Assembly: GCA_951406725.2 (NCBI GenBank)
Contig: OX597815.1
Coordinates: forward strand, 198,586,001 to 198,650,000
Direction: 5' to 3'
DNA from: Octopus vulgaris
Taxonomy: Eukaryota
Length of the DNA stretch: 64,000 nucleotides
A program made the position numbers and the translations under genes. Under the pieces are notes generated by a model. That model worked only from the letters and a program-made list of their open reading frames with translations. It did not search any database and was not told the origin of the DNA. Shown in pieces: positions 1-13,836 of this stretch. How positions within the stretch are numbered: the stretch's first letter is position 1; every line of letters starts with the position of its first letter.

Positions 1-80
1 ATATATATATATATATATATATGCATATTTTCCCACACACACACACACATATATATATACATATGTACATACTGATATAC

Positions 81-117
<37 letters not shown>

Positions 118-262
118 TATTTTCCCACACACACACATATATATATATACATATATACATATACATAAATATTCATATAAATACATAAATATATATATAT
201 ACATATACTTACTTACATATACATATATACTTACATACACACACACACATATATATGCGTAT
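1..262. repeat. Compound (TA)n/(CA)n microsatellite with a duplicated ATGCATATTTTCCCACAC unit
   Basis: Dinucleotide runs; ATGCATATTTTCCCACACAC occurs at ~21 and ~113. Confidence 0.9.
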
Positions 263-2209
263 GTGTGTTTTTTTCTCGCAAAATATATGTTCAATGCAAC
301 AATATTAGTTTAGCTAACGGCGTCCCATTTTTACAAATTTATACTGTTTTTTTCTTTAACTCACACGCTCACAGATTACACATACATACAAACACAATAC
401 ATGAAATATTCGAACATACCTACACACAGACAAAGCAAGTATTTTTCCTAGAGTATATACATCCCCACCAATCTGTACGTGTGTGTGTATTATTTTCATT
501 TCAGCGAGCATAGTCTGAAAATAGTTATACATTATTTTTTTATCGTATTTATATATTTAATCATTCACTCCCCCACCTCGCAACTTCTGTGTTGTTGTTT
601 CTTTTTTTATCAGAATTTACAGTCTATATGTTTTAGTATAGAGTACTTTTTTTTTTCCCTTTTTCTTCATTCTTTGTCTATGCAATTAATTATTTTCTCG
701 CTCCATTTCTTGTCTTTGTCATAAACATTTCTCTATTATATTTGTGGTTGATGCACAAGTTGTCCCAGGTTGTTCTTGAGTAGCTGTTTTTCCCTTTTTT
801 TTTTGTATCTTCTCTTCTTTTACATATTGATTTTTGTAGACTAGTCACAAGGGATAGGAATGCTATTGTGTCACGTCCCAACTTTCTTTACTAGTGTTAG
901 TAGCAAATGTAAAGAACAAACAGTTTCAAACTGAAAAGCTTAAACTGCATTTTTTCTAATTTCTAATTTAGGCACCTTGCCAAAAATTCTTAGAAAGGTT
1001 GAAAGAAATAATAGAAAAATATAAAACAGTTGTCTTCCACTTGGTATCGAAACAAGTTTTTCTGACTCATTTCTAAGGCTTAAATGATTGAAACAGTCCA
1101 ATTCCAAATAAAAAGAGTTGGTTATAAGTATATACTGACGAAAACATGAATTTATGGGAAATTAGTTCTGTCATTTTCCTCGATCAGTTTTTTAACAATA
1201 TCTTGCACTTTAAATGTATAGCAAGATAGATCTACATTCTTTACTTCGTCAATAGAAACACCAAATTTCATGACTGTTTTAGCCTATAGCGAATCTCCCT
1301 CTTCGTATCTCCGTAAATTATGCTTAGGCTATGTGTTATTTTATATTTGTGACTGCTTTTAGTCTGGATTACATATAACACAAAAAATAACAAGGAAAAC
1401 AGAGAAATAAGAAACGAAAATTTATTTTAATAATGTTATGTTTAAATCATTGCTTACGAATTCCAACAAATACTTTTGCTTCATGAGTTAGTACACAGAC
1501 GGTAGATATATAGTTGTTTTTGATATGCGAACTGGAATTTTGAAGTTGAAAGACTAGAAATACCCCTCGTTTATATATAAGCACTAATTATATGCTTGCA
1601 TGTATTTATGTATGCATATATGTATATATGTATCAATGCATGTTAAAATATATACGCATATACACACACACGTATATAAATCACCATTTTTATATATTGG
1701 AATATACGTTCTAAATTTTAGATATTTTTAAAACACAACTATATTCGAGGTTAATCGTTTTAGAAGTAGTTTGTCCTTTGTTCCAAGTAATAAATTTCCG
1801 TATGTTCCATCTAATCTATTTAGAAAATGTTTTATATTTTTGGAGATTTTCACACCAGAAATAAAACGTTAGATTTCCACCTCATCAAATGCGATTTACA
1901 TTTGGCTGAAGACGTGTAAATCAAATGACATCAATACGTATCTTACGACATTCATAAAATTCCGGCGGTAAATCAAACATAATTAAATTTCACCTAGTGA
2001 AGAAGTTATAATAAAACCAGAAATATTTAGTATCCTCGTGATGAGCAAACTCCGGAAACATAAGTACTGAAATGTTATTTTTTCCAAAAATTATGTGTTT
2101 GTGTACGCGCGCGTACGTATGAGTATGTGTCTCTGTGTATATGTGTGCGCGCACGTATGTGTGTGTGTGTGTATACTTTGTATATGTATAATTAAAAAAT
2201 AAGTAGATG

Positions 2210-2679
2210 TTCCTACTAGAGCTATGCCAGGCTCATAAAGGCCGGTTTCCCGGTTTCAGTGACGTAGAAATTCCCCATCTGGACGGGACGCCAGTCCGTC
2301 GCAGTGTTACTCATTTTTACCAGCTGAGTGTACTGGAGCAACGTGGAATGAAGTGTTTTGCTCAAGAACACAACGCGTCGCCCGGTCCAAGAATCGAAAC
2401 CACAAGCTTACGATCATGGTGCTTACACCCTAACCCCTAAGCCACGCACATCCACTAGCCAGGCTCATGGGCCCGGTTTCTTGGTTTCAATGGCGTATGT
2501 GTTCCCCAGCTGGACAGGACGCCAGTCCATCGCGTCTTTACTCATTTTTGCCAGCTGAGTAAACTGGAGAAACATGAAATGAAGTGTTTTGCTCAAGAAC
2601 ACAACGCGTCGCTCGGTCCAGGAATCGAAACCACAACCTTACGATCATGAGTTCAACACACTAAGCCACGCGCCTCCAC
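2210..2679 (-). mobile_element. tRNA-derived CORE-type SINE (family C), head-to-tail dimer
   Basis: Two ~225-bp similar units (2226-2455, 2458-2679). Minus strand reads GTGGAGGCGCGTGGCTTAGTG (A box), GGTTTCGATTCC (B box), then GTGTTCTTGAGCAAAACACTT...CTCAGCTGG.AAAAATGAG, resembling the MIR/CORE domain. Confidence 0.8.
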
Positions 2680-2936
2680 ACATATATAACTATGTATCCA
2701 TATATATATATAAGAAACAATTGAGATTTAGTTGAATTAGATACTTAAGTTGAATCACCAAGTCAATTACAATCATTACAACACCATGACACAATAGGCT
2801 TCATGCGATTCGTGGGAGTGTTGTCTATTCTTAGCTACAATAGCGACATGAATTTCTTCCATCTTCTTGCTCTGTTACATATTTGTGCACAACTATATTA
2901 ATGTGCCTGACTAGTTAAAATTCTATCTATTTATTT

Positions 2937-3024
2937 GTGCAGCTGAAGATGACATTGCATTTAAATTGATGTAATGATTGCATTGTTCAGTGAAATGGTG
3001 CCACTTACAACGGTTGTACTGCAT
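2937..3024 (+). ncRNA. Degenerate type I hammerhead ribozyme-like motif
   Basis: Stem I GTGCAG/CTGCAT; CTGAAGA 2943-2949; imperfect stem II; GAAA 2992-2995; GTA site 3016-3018; stem III forms only if ~12 nt are looped out. Confidence 0.4.
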
Positions 3025-3101
3025 CACTACTTGATAGCCTATTGCTTATTTTGAATATACATACACACAGACTTTATTAATAAAGCTGCACAAATATCAC
3101 A

Positions 3102-3147
3102 AAAACTGTTACTCAGAGTTTCACGTTCCCGTTCGTAGGACAGTTTT
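3102..3147 (-). ncRNA. Minimal type I hammerhead-like motif with mutated core
   Basis: Minus strand AAAACTGT-CCTACGA-ACG GGAA CGT-GAAA-CTC T GAG-TA-ACAGTTTT: perfect 8-bp stem I, stem II with GNRA loop, GUA site. The paralog at 3997-4003 reads CCGACGA. Confidence 0.65.
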
Positions 3148-3569
3148 GGTTGAAAACGGAACAAGAAAGTAGGTTATATGTATAAATATACACATACAAT
3201 TACATTGATAAATACACATTTGAATTTTGCTTTGTTTCATTGGTGCTTTCAAATAACGTTCTTTTCAATAACCGGATATATTCAATTAAAATTAAAATTA
3301 CGATTTAAAATAATATTTTTTAAATCGAAGATGACCTTAAATCAAAAATTAGCTTTAGTAGAAGGAAAAAACTTGTATACCAAGGGTAAATTAATTAATG
3401 GTAAAATAAATTTAAATTTACGCCCGCTTATAATAAAAATATTCACTTACAAGAACTAAGATCATAAAAATACATTTGCTTATATATACACATACCAAAA
3501 GAGAACTATACATACACTAAACATACAAGCGTTGGTAAACACCTACATACATAGACAAACAAATAGAAG

Positions 3570-3620
<51 letters not shown>

Positions 3621-4087
3621 TATCGATGTAGATAAAATAAACATATAATGGGTTATCCTGCGTATTCCTAAGTCTACAACTTACATGTTACAAGCAAGAA
3701 AAAGCAACAGTAGAAGAAAAAGAAAATTAGAAAATAATACGTGATGGGAGAAAGAGAAGGAAAGAAAAATAGAAAGAGAAAGAGAAAAAATCTAACATAA
3801 TATTTAAGGTCTTCTTCGATTCTAAATATGATTTTAAATCGTAATTTTCATTTCATATACTCAGTTATTAGAAAGGCCGTTAGTTGAAAGGAGCAATGAA
3901 AGAAAACGAATTTCATATATCTATCTATCAATGTAATTGTGTATGAATTATTATACGCATAAACTTATATTTTGTTCCAGTCTCAACCGAAACTGTCCGA
4001 CGAAAGGTAACGTGAAACAAGCTTAGTGTCTCTCGGTCCGCATTCCTGTTTCTCTGTAGGATTCTATTTACATGAATACACATAGAG

Positions 4088-4088
<1 letters not shown>

Positions 4089-4174
<86 letters not shown>

Positions 4175-4270
4175 GGTAGACAGACAGACAGAGATAGAGA
4201 GAGAGAGAGACAGACAGATAGATAGAGAGATAGACAGACAGACAGACATATAGATAGATAGATAGATACA

Positions 4271-4304
<34 letters not shown>

Positions 4305-4320
4305 CATACATAGACAGACG

Positions 4321-4372
<52 letters not shown>

Positions 4373-4485
4373 CATACATACATACATACATATATACATA
4401 CATAGACAGACGGATAGATAGATAGGTAGATAGATAGACGGATAGACAGACAGGTAGATAGATACACATATCCGCATACATACAT
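4089..4485. repeat. Compound (TA)n-(GA)n-(GATA)n-(TACA)n microsatellite
   Basis: Direct inspection. Confidence 0.95.
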
Positions 4486-5507
4486 AGCTGAGTGTATAGG
4501 TACTTACACTGACGTATCACTCACACACACACATATACTTTCTTGTCACTCTATCACTCAGACATACGCATGCAAAATCCTTTCTGAAAACCAGTTTCCT
4601 TTTGTCATGTTCACCTTAATTAACTATCTTATTTAATACCAAATTCCATTGTACACTTATCTCTTCTTCGCTCCTACACTACATAAATTTTCTCTTCTAT
4701 TCTGTGTCACACTTTCCGTCTTTCTTTAGATTCAGTATTCGACTTATTTTCACCCTATCTCTTCCTTCTGTCAGTTACTCTCGTTCGCTTTTGTCTCCTC
4801 TCATTTCCTTGGCGTTTTATTTATTCTACCCAACTCCTCCCTTCTCTCACTCTTAATCCTCTTTCTCATTGATATATTCTAATGTACTGTTCATTATATT
4901 CAATGTTGAAGAATAAATGAATCGGCAAATGCATTCAGTACACGCTGATACGGACTTTGCCTTTCAGCTATCTTAGTGGCGTTGAAACAAGTCAGCATCA
5001 CGTAGTTCAGATCAGATCGATATTGTTCGAATATATCCCTCTCTGATCCCAAAATATACGACCCTATGCCTATAGCTGAATCTCTGCAACGTCATACAGA
5101 ATAAGTTGCCATATTTTGCTTGTTGCTTTTATATTTGGAGTTGAAATACCGCCGATTTCAAATTTTTATTTTGTCCATGATGTGTCAAGAAAAACATAAC
5201 CACAAGCCATACTAATGTTAGAAATGAATATTTAAAGTAAACAGTGTTACATTAGTAGAATCGACAGATTAATATATCAAAAGTCCTACAATATTTATTT
5301 GTGTTCCTCAAAATTCTAAATAGAAATCGCACGAAGAAAATTCTATTTCCATCGTTCCGGAGTCATTAAAAATGCAAAAACTATTGTTGCTGCATTCTTT
5401 AGCTCCAGCTAAATATTCATCGAACAGATATATGATAAAAGACATTCCAATCGTAACCATCCAATATATATAAATTTTTTTCTAAAAAATATTTTATCCT
5501 ACATTAA

Positions 5508-5685
<178 letters not shown>

Positions 5686-6639
5686 TTAATGTAGGACAAA
5701 ATTATCTATGAAAAAAATTTTATCAATGGCCAGCATATTAAAAAATACCTTTAAAGGTTAAATTTATATGTATATATATATATATGTATGTTTTTTTAAT
5801 GTCTTTTTTAACGACATTAAGAACGTCATTCGATGGCCGTTTGGTTGTCATTTTTAGTAAGTTAAGCGATCTATTGAAGACCACTTATTTGCTGGAAGAA
5901 GCATAGGGTTCCAATCATGCTTAGGGTTCCAATCTTGCTACTGTTTGTGAAAATGTTTATGTTGGTATGGTACACCCGGTAAATGGCTGATACATGTATT
6001 CCTATATTTTAAGAAGTAATTTAAGCTCAAACAAATAAGAAGAATGTACGAGAGAAAACTGATCGAATTTTCAAAGATATCACAAAACATCTGGCTTGTC
6101 ACTTAAACGAGTAACTGTAACCTACAAATAATTTCGGGTGATAAGGATTGACAATCACTGGAATACCGGTTAAAAAAAAAAATTGCGTTGTTTTCTTACT
6201 AAATCCACACTTTAATATGCAGTTATCCCAAGATCAACATGGATTTTTCTTCCTTCGTAATTATTAAATTAAGCACCACCTGCTACGTAATGGCATGCAT
6301 GTAATCAATTGTCGTTCTTCTTCAAAATGCATGTTCCTGTTCGTCTACAAGAAATCCCTATCACAAGGAGTAAACCTTATAATTACACTATAAGTAACAA
6401 AAGCTTCAACGAAACACGGCTGAATCTACATTTGCGGATTTTTTGTTTATATTTTTTACTTTCTAATGTCACAGAACGTTCGGCTTCACTTCGCCTTTCA
6501 ACCCTTAAGGTTTAATTAATAAGAAGGAGCGAGTAAGTAGATTGCTGTAACTGATTTTATTATTAGAAATCAATACTGTACCCCTTATTGCTGACTGATA
6601 TATCAAGTCCCTGTCACACTGTACTCTTTCTATAAACAT

Positions 6640-6650
6640 ATGCATATATA

Positions 6651-6695
<45 letters not shown>

Positions 6696-6900
6696 ACGTA
6701 TATATGTATATATATATATGGACGTATATATGTATATATATATATATGGACGTATATATGTATATATATATATATGGACGTATATATTAATATATATATA
6801 TGGACGTATATATGTATATATATATATGGTCGTATATATGTATATATATATATATATGGACGTATATGTATGTATATATATATATATATGGACGTATATG

Positions 6901-6935
<35 letters not shown>

Positions 6936-7210
6936 ATGTATATATGTATATGTATATATGTATATGTATATATATATATATGTATATAGATATATATGTA
7001 TATATATATGTGTATATATATGTATGTATATATATGTATATATTTGTATATATATGTATGTATATATATGTATATATATATATGTATGTATATATATATG
7101 TATATATATATATATGTATATATACTTATATGTGTGTATATGTATGTATGTGTGTGCATGTGTGTGTGTGTGACAATGAGCGCATATGAATCCCTATGTG
7201 TGTGTATGTA
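6640..7210. repeat. (TA)n-derived array with recurring TATGGACGTATA units
   Basis: GGACGT (once GGTCGT) interruptions recur every ~24-30 bp between 6690 and 6900. Confidence 0.9.
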
Positions 7211-7484
7211 GATAACACACTGTATACCATATATATATTTGTCTTCCACATCCTGCGCTACACTTTCGCTGTAGCTCCTTCATTAATTTTTCTTCTCTTT
7301 CTATTAATATTTAATTTGACTTTTTTTTGGTTTTTGTAGCCTAAATATATTCTAACTCTATTTTTTACCTTGTGTTCCTCTATTTCTTTATCACCCAATT
7401 TTTTGTGTTTATCACACGAGAATTTTCCTACATATTTGATATTATCATTTTGCACCATCTCTTTTTTCTCTCTTTTCCCTCAAT

Positions 7485-7524
7485 CTCTCTCTCTCTCCAC
7501 ACACATATATATATAGACTCATGT

Positions 7525-7564
<40 letters not shown>

Positions 7565-7675
7565 ACACACAGTCATATATATATATATATATATATATAT
7601 TATGTGCGTAGGTGTACGTGTTGGTTTGTAAGTATATGTGCGTATTTGCGGCGGTTGTATATCTCTGTATCTTTG

Positions 7676-7716
<41 letters not shown>

Positions 7717-7830
7717 TGTGAGAGTGTGTGTGTTTTTGTATGTGTGTGTGTGTGAGTGTGTGTGTGGATGGGTATGTTTGTGTGTGTGTGTATTCATATA
7801 TGTATATATATGTGTGGGTGTATGTGTGTA
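7485..7830. repeat. (TA)n/(TG)n microsatellite cluster
   Basis: Direct inspection. Confidence 0.9.
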
Positions 7831-8283
7831 TCGTTCGCCTTCTCTCAGTGTGTTCTTTTAATTGACATAAAATCATCTAACAAGGTACCACTCATTGTTT
7901 CATCCTCCTTCGTTGTTTTTTTTCTTCTATTTCTATCAATAATCTATCTTTGTACATTATATCGATCTTGTTATCTATCAAAATCTAACTTTCAATCTTT
8001 TTCTCTCTCTCTTCGTCTAACAGTCTTACAAGATGTTACTATCTATCTTTGTAAATATCGATCGATAAAGCATGCATGCATATATACACACATATACACA
8101 CATACACACACACATAAATTCATACATACATACTTAAGATATACACAAACGCACACCCATACATACACACATTCATACGTACATACGTAAGACACATACA
8201 TGAGTGCACACACATAAATTCATAAAAATGTGTGTATGCGTGTCAGTGTGCTGTCTATATCAGAAGAACCGGCATACTGTCTT

Positions 8284-8318
<35 letters not shown>

Positions 8319-9635
8319 AGAATGAGAGTAGGAGAGACTATGTGAAATGCAGAAAATGAAAGAGATTGATATATAGATAGATAAATAGATCTTTCTATCA
8401 AAATATTATATGATTTTCAATTATTAATCTGACCAAATCTATATATCTATTTATCAATAAATCTATCGAGCTAGCAAGCTAGTTGGCTAGCTATCTCACT
8501 CACCATATATCCATCCATCCATCTTACGCCTTTTTGTCTGTATTTTCTGTAACAATCACCTGCTTCTATTTTTATCATCGATTGCATTATCTATCGATCG
8601 ATCCGTGCATATATCGAATATTCACAATCCTTGAGTTTCCAGTGTAACAATCCATCCATCCATTCATCCATCCGTCTATTTTTCTCCTCTTACTATCCGC
8701 TGAATCGTTCTAAACGAACAGCTCTTTCTAACCTATCTCGGTCCTTCTCTCATTCTGATTTCGAATGTCGCGATATACAAAGGCTTATGAGAGTGTGTCT
8801 GCGAGTACGTGTATCCGTCTACTTTGTCTGTGTGGGTGTAGAAGCACACATCTATAGAATAAACTAGAGAAATATATAGAGATAGAAAGACAAAGCGGTA
8901 CGCTCACAGACACAAACACACACACACATAAACACACACATATTTGTCCATATAGGAGAGAGTGAGTAGAGTAACCAAGTATATTTCTATATGTAATTAT
9001 ATATATGTTATGTAGAGAAAATAATTCTGATAAACATTCTTACATAGTTAAGAATTCATATAATCATAACTCAAACTGTTATGCACATATACCTATACAT
9101 ATAAATATATACTAAGTGTGTTAGCCTCTAGTGATTGTTGTCGTATATCATGTTATCGTCCTGAATCTACAACTTAGACTTAAGTATAAGCGTACAGACT
9201 TTAAGGTTTCTTCAATATTTAACACAGACTCAGACTTAATATTCGTTTCTACGTAGATATTAGTATATATAAAAAATTTAGGTCTACTACATTTTCTTTA
9301 ACAGCAAGACAACTATTACTATAGAGAAATAGTAATTTTCGGTCGATCTGCTCCAACATTAGGAATACGTATATAATAATTATTGAAGACTTTATATATG
9401 TTATCGTCGCACTCAACATCTGTCTAGAGAATCTATATTTCAGAAAACCGCAAATGACAACGGTGAATTAGAACATTTCAACTAGAGTTTCGTTTTGAAA
9501 ATATACAAAACGCTCCAGAATTTATGGACGTAATAACAGCATATATTCACATGGATTCTCAATCAAACATATTTAGAGTTGAGATTCAATTTTAAAAATT
9601 CTGTTTCTCAGAGTCTATACATTTCTGTTGTAGAC

Positions 9636-9692
9636 TAAGGCCGAAGATGGTTATCCATCTTTGTGGGTTATCTGAAACTCGGCGTACCATTT
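9636..9692 (+). ncRNA. Degenerate hammerhead-like motif with CCGAAGA core
   Basis: CCGAAGA 9641-9647; stem II GGTTATCCA/TGGGTTATC; GAAA 9674-9677; CTCGGCG; GTA 9684-9686; stem I reduced to GG/CC. Confidence 0.45.
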
Positions 9693-9836
9693 AATGACAA
9701 CAGTTTACTATTTAGCCTGATCTTGGTAATATTTAATTAAACTATATTCGATTTTTGATATATTGGGGTTTCATTTTTTCTGTATACTTCAATACAGCAG
9801 CATGAGAAATCCACCACGCTGTAAATAGCAGCCAAA

Positions 9837-9982
9837 ACTTGACTCTAAAACCACATTAAATTTTCATACAGCACCAGGAGAGAAGACAAAGAGACAAAAT
9901 AAACTAGCAAAATTTTTTGCTAGTTCATTGTGTTTTCTTTCCTGGTGCTGATTGAACGTTTAATGTGGTTTTAGAGTCAAGT
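9837..9982. repeat. Long imperfect palindrome (fold-back)
   Basis: ACTTGACTCTAAAACCACATTAAA...CAGCACCAGGA...AACTAGCAAAA is mirrored by TTTTGCTAGTT...TCCTGGTGCTG...TTTAATGTGGTTTTAGAGTCAAGT; centre ~9912. Confidence 0.9.
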
Positions 9983-10294
9983 CGTGGTATCTCTTAGATA
10001 CCCTAAATTATAAGTTTTATAATAATTATTACCTTTGAATGTTTTTATTCCCATGCTGGTCACCTGATAAGATTGGTATTTAAATATTGATCTTATCCTT
10101 ATTTATAGATGTATGTATACGAGTTTATGGCTCAAAGCATGCAACTACACATGCAAAATTATACTTGCTTCTCTACATGCATGTTTCAACATTTATACAT
10201 ATAAGCTGTTGCTAATGTTGGTACTGATGTCCCTGCTACTCTGGTCACCGTTCGGAGAGCTGACGGTGTTGCTGCTGCTGCTGGAGGGCCAGCC

Positions 10295-10780
10295 AGTACT
10301 TCAGTTTCATAAATGACTCCTTTGGTTTCACATTGACCCCCTCCCCCCTCACTTTCATCTGTTGCAGTCCGTGCCTGAACATCCTGTCTCCGCTCGTGGT
10401 GTAGAGGTGAGGTTCGAACTAGAATGTTCTTAATATTGGGGGCACAGCTAAAGGAAACCCTGAGGCTGTGCTTGTTGAAAATGCGTCTGTATCTATGTCA
10501 AATGGGGAAATGTTTATCTATTAACTTAAGGAAGATTCTACATAGAGACATTTTTACGTTAAAAGAGAAGTGGGAGTAAACGAAATGATATTTCTGTTGC
10601 GCTTCCTCCTACGGATGTTGGGGCCTGGCATGTAGGAAATGCGGTACCGAAATACGCTAGCAGCTAAGGCCTCGTTACAGTAGGGGACTATTGCATCAAA
10701 AATCTCTTGGTTGCAGGAAAGCTTCACCAGGTTTTTGAACACGATGGGTGGGTGACAGGAGGCTCTATTAATGTACATTT
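10295..10780 (-). mobile_element. Penelope-like retroelement fragment (RT C-terminus/linker into GIY-YIG start), pseudogenised
   Basis: Minus-strand peptides YINRASCHPPIVFKNL, YCNEALAAS, RRRKRNRNIISF, FLKLIDKHFP, RIFNKHSLRVSFSCAPNIKNIL and GQCETKGVIYETEV match typical PLE ORF motifs; frameshifts and stops present. Confidence 0.85.
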
Positions 10781-11099
10781 TAGGAAATTCCTGCTAGCCA
10801 ACTGGAACCTACTGGATAGCAGGGCCACCGGCGATCGATAGCTAAAATGATACCAACACCTCTTGTTGATATCGGCGATCGATATCCAAAGTTGACATTG
10901 AGTCACGATGGCATTTCCTATTGCAAATTCTAGAGAGGTCTCTCACTAGGGAGGTCTTTAGCCAACCGGGTTTGAGATCTGATGATACGCCATAAAGCCA
11001 AACACTTAAGTTAATCCCATAAACCGGCCTTATATAATTTTAATATATTCAGCTCTATAACTTAGAGTGTGCTTCTGTATTGGATTTGTGTACTGACGA

Positions 11100-11440
<341 letters not shown>

Positions 11441-11643
11441 AAGGAATATTCACCACTTCCTAGTTTATGCACCCTAAATTCAATGAAAAAGCCGAAATCT
11501 CTTGTTTAAAAGAAAAAATATGTCTTCATTGATGATGAAAAAGAAAACCAGAAGAACCTTGCATATATATACACCTCGCATTGCAGCTGAACTATATTCT
11601 TAGAGGAATAAAGGCTTTACATTTTCAATATATAGGTATATTA

Positions 11644-11755
11644 AGGCGGCGAGCTGGCAGAAACGTTAGCACGTCGGGCGAAATACCTAGCATTTCGTCT
11701 GTCTTTATGCTCTGAGTTCAAATTCCGCGCAAGTAGATCTTGCCTTTCCTTCATT
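11644..11755 (+). mobile_element. SINE family A, 5' fragment
   Basis: AGGCGGCGAGCTGGCAGAAACGTTAGCACG...GAGTTCAAATTCCG head shared with many copies in the window. Confidence 0.85.
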
Positions 11756-11756
11756 C

Positions 11757-11780
11757 AGACACACAAACATATGCACACAC

Positions 11781-11827
<47 letters not shown>

Positions 11828-11992
11828 CACGACGGGCTTCTTTCAGTTTCCGTCTACCAAATCCACTCACAAGGCATTGGTTGGCCCGAGGCTATAGTAG
11901 AAGACACTTGCCCAAGGTGCCACGCAGTGGGACTGAACCCGGAACCATGAGGTTCGTAAGCAAGCTATTTACCACACAGCCACTCCTACGCC
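11757..11992 (-). mobile_element. SINE family B, 5' half
   Basis: Minus strand GGCGTAGGAGTGGCTGTGTGGTAA...GGTTCAGTCCC...CACCTTGGGCAAGTGTC...GAAAGAAGCCCGTCGT followed by the internal microsatellite. Confidence 0.85.
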
Positions 11993-12394
11993 AATATATA
12001 TATATATATATTTATATAAGATCCAGGCATCATGTTGCCGGAAGAAAGTTAGCTTCAAGCAATCTGTAGTAAATATTTAAAAAAACAACTCTCAGGGACA
12101 GTAGCGGTTTATGGAGACGGAAAGTATGGATTTTTTTCGTACCGAAAACTATACATTTTATAGGACACATATTGCGGTAAGAGTTTTCAGGTTACATATA
12201 CAGGTTACACTTCGACTGATGACCACATCTCAATATTTATTTACCTACAGATATAACGCCGAAAAGCATATACGTACAACATACGTAAGTATATAAGTAA
12301 ATGTATTACACACGTACATCTAATTATATATACATCTAAGTTGTGTATGTAATAATCTCTTATAATTCTACACACCTTCATATATGTGCAAACA

Positions 12395-12557
12395 TATATA
12401 TACACATACATACGCGCACACATACACTCACATATACACACACATATAACTATACACACTCATATACGCACATGCACATATAGACAAACATACAGACAAA
12501 TGAAGCTGGATCGATAGTAAAACACATTCCATGCATATACATATCTGTATATTATAA

Positions 12558-12600
<43 letters not shown>

Positions 12601-12619
12601 CATATATACATATATATAC

Positions 12620-12664
<45 letters not shown>

Positions 12665-12853
12665 CATATATATATATATACATACATATATACATATATA
12701 TATATATACATACATATATACATATATATATATATACATACATATATACATATATATACATACATACATATATACATATATATATATACATACATATATA
12801 CATATATATATACACATACATACATATACACATATATATATATACATATATTC

Positions 12854-12884
<31 letters not shown>

Positions 12885-12982
12885 CATATATACATATGTA
12901 TGTATATAAATATATATATATATATGTAATGTATATATTTATATATATATATAAATATATATATATGTATATAAATATATAT

Positions 12983-13039
<57 letters not shown>

Positions 13040-13080
13040 GTATCTATGTACGTATGTATATATAATATTATATACATATG
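12395..13080. repeat. Long (TA)n/(TACA)n microsatellite
   Basis: Direct inspection. Confidence 0.95.
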
Positions 13081-13204
13081 TCGCGGTACATGTGTGCTTG
13101 CGTGTGTGTAAATGTAGATATTTGGTTCGAGTAGACAGAAAGAAAGAGAGGAAGGTGATATCAGTTTTACACCACTATCTAAAGAGTCTACAATATCTTC
13201 CTCT

Positions 13205-13278
13205 CTTTTTTTCTTTCTTCTTCTTCTTCTTCTTCTTCTTCTTCTTCTTCTTCTTCTTCTTCTTCTTCTTCTTCTTTC
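13205..13278. repeat. (TTC)n microsatellite
   Basis: Direct inspection. Confidence 0.95.
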
Positions 13279-13664
13279 CTTGTAAATATAATATGTAGAA
13301 TGCCTGTCGCATAGTCGGTCTCTTTCTGTTTTCCATTTATGCCATCTCCACTATGCTGCTTCCAATGTTATTAAACTAAAGATAGCAGCAATAGTATTTA
13401 CCATACCAGTCAACATACAAATTGGAGCTGCGGTTCTTTCTGATGCTGGTGATGCTGGTGAAGCAGCCGTTGGTTCTGCCACCGCTGCTGCTGCTGCCGC
13501 TGCTGTTACTCAGACATTTCCATATACACAACGCACGCCTTGTAATTTCAAAATTATAAGGAATAACAGCTTGTCTACTGTCGCTGTTATTCTCTTTCTT
13601 GCTTAGTGTTTGTGATTATAATGCCGCGACTATTGCTATTTCTGTTAAATGGTTATCTTATGGA

Positions 13665-13801
13665 TGTTTTTGTTGTTGTTGTTGTTGTTTTTTGATGATG
13701 AGGATGAGGATGACGATGATGATGATGATGATTTTGGTATTGGTGATTATGTCGTGTGTATTCTCCTCGACTACTGTAAAGTTAATAATAGTAGTAATAC
13801 C

Positions 13802-13836
<35 letters not shown>

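Noticed and set aside
1130-1172. CTGACGA...GAAA on the plus strand (similar isolated CTGANGA hits at ~12216, 20241, 23523, 50449)
   Set aside because: No stem I or III pairing, or no correctly placed GAAA.
6690-6900. CRISPR-like regularly spaced repeats
   Set aside because: The spacers are only (TA)n, the context is eukaryotic, and there are no cas genes.
10060-10100. CTGATAA followed by a hairpin as a half hammerhead
   Set aside because: Explained equally well as a simple palindrome (GATAAGAT...ATCTTATC); G8 and GAAA are missing.
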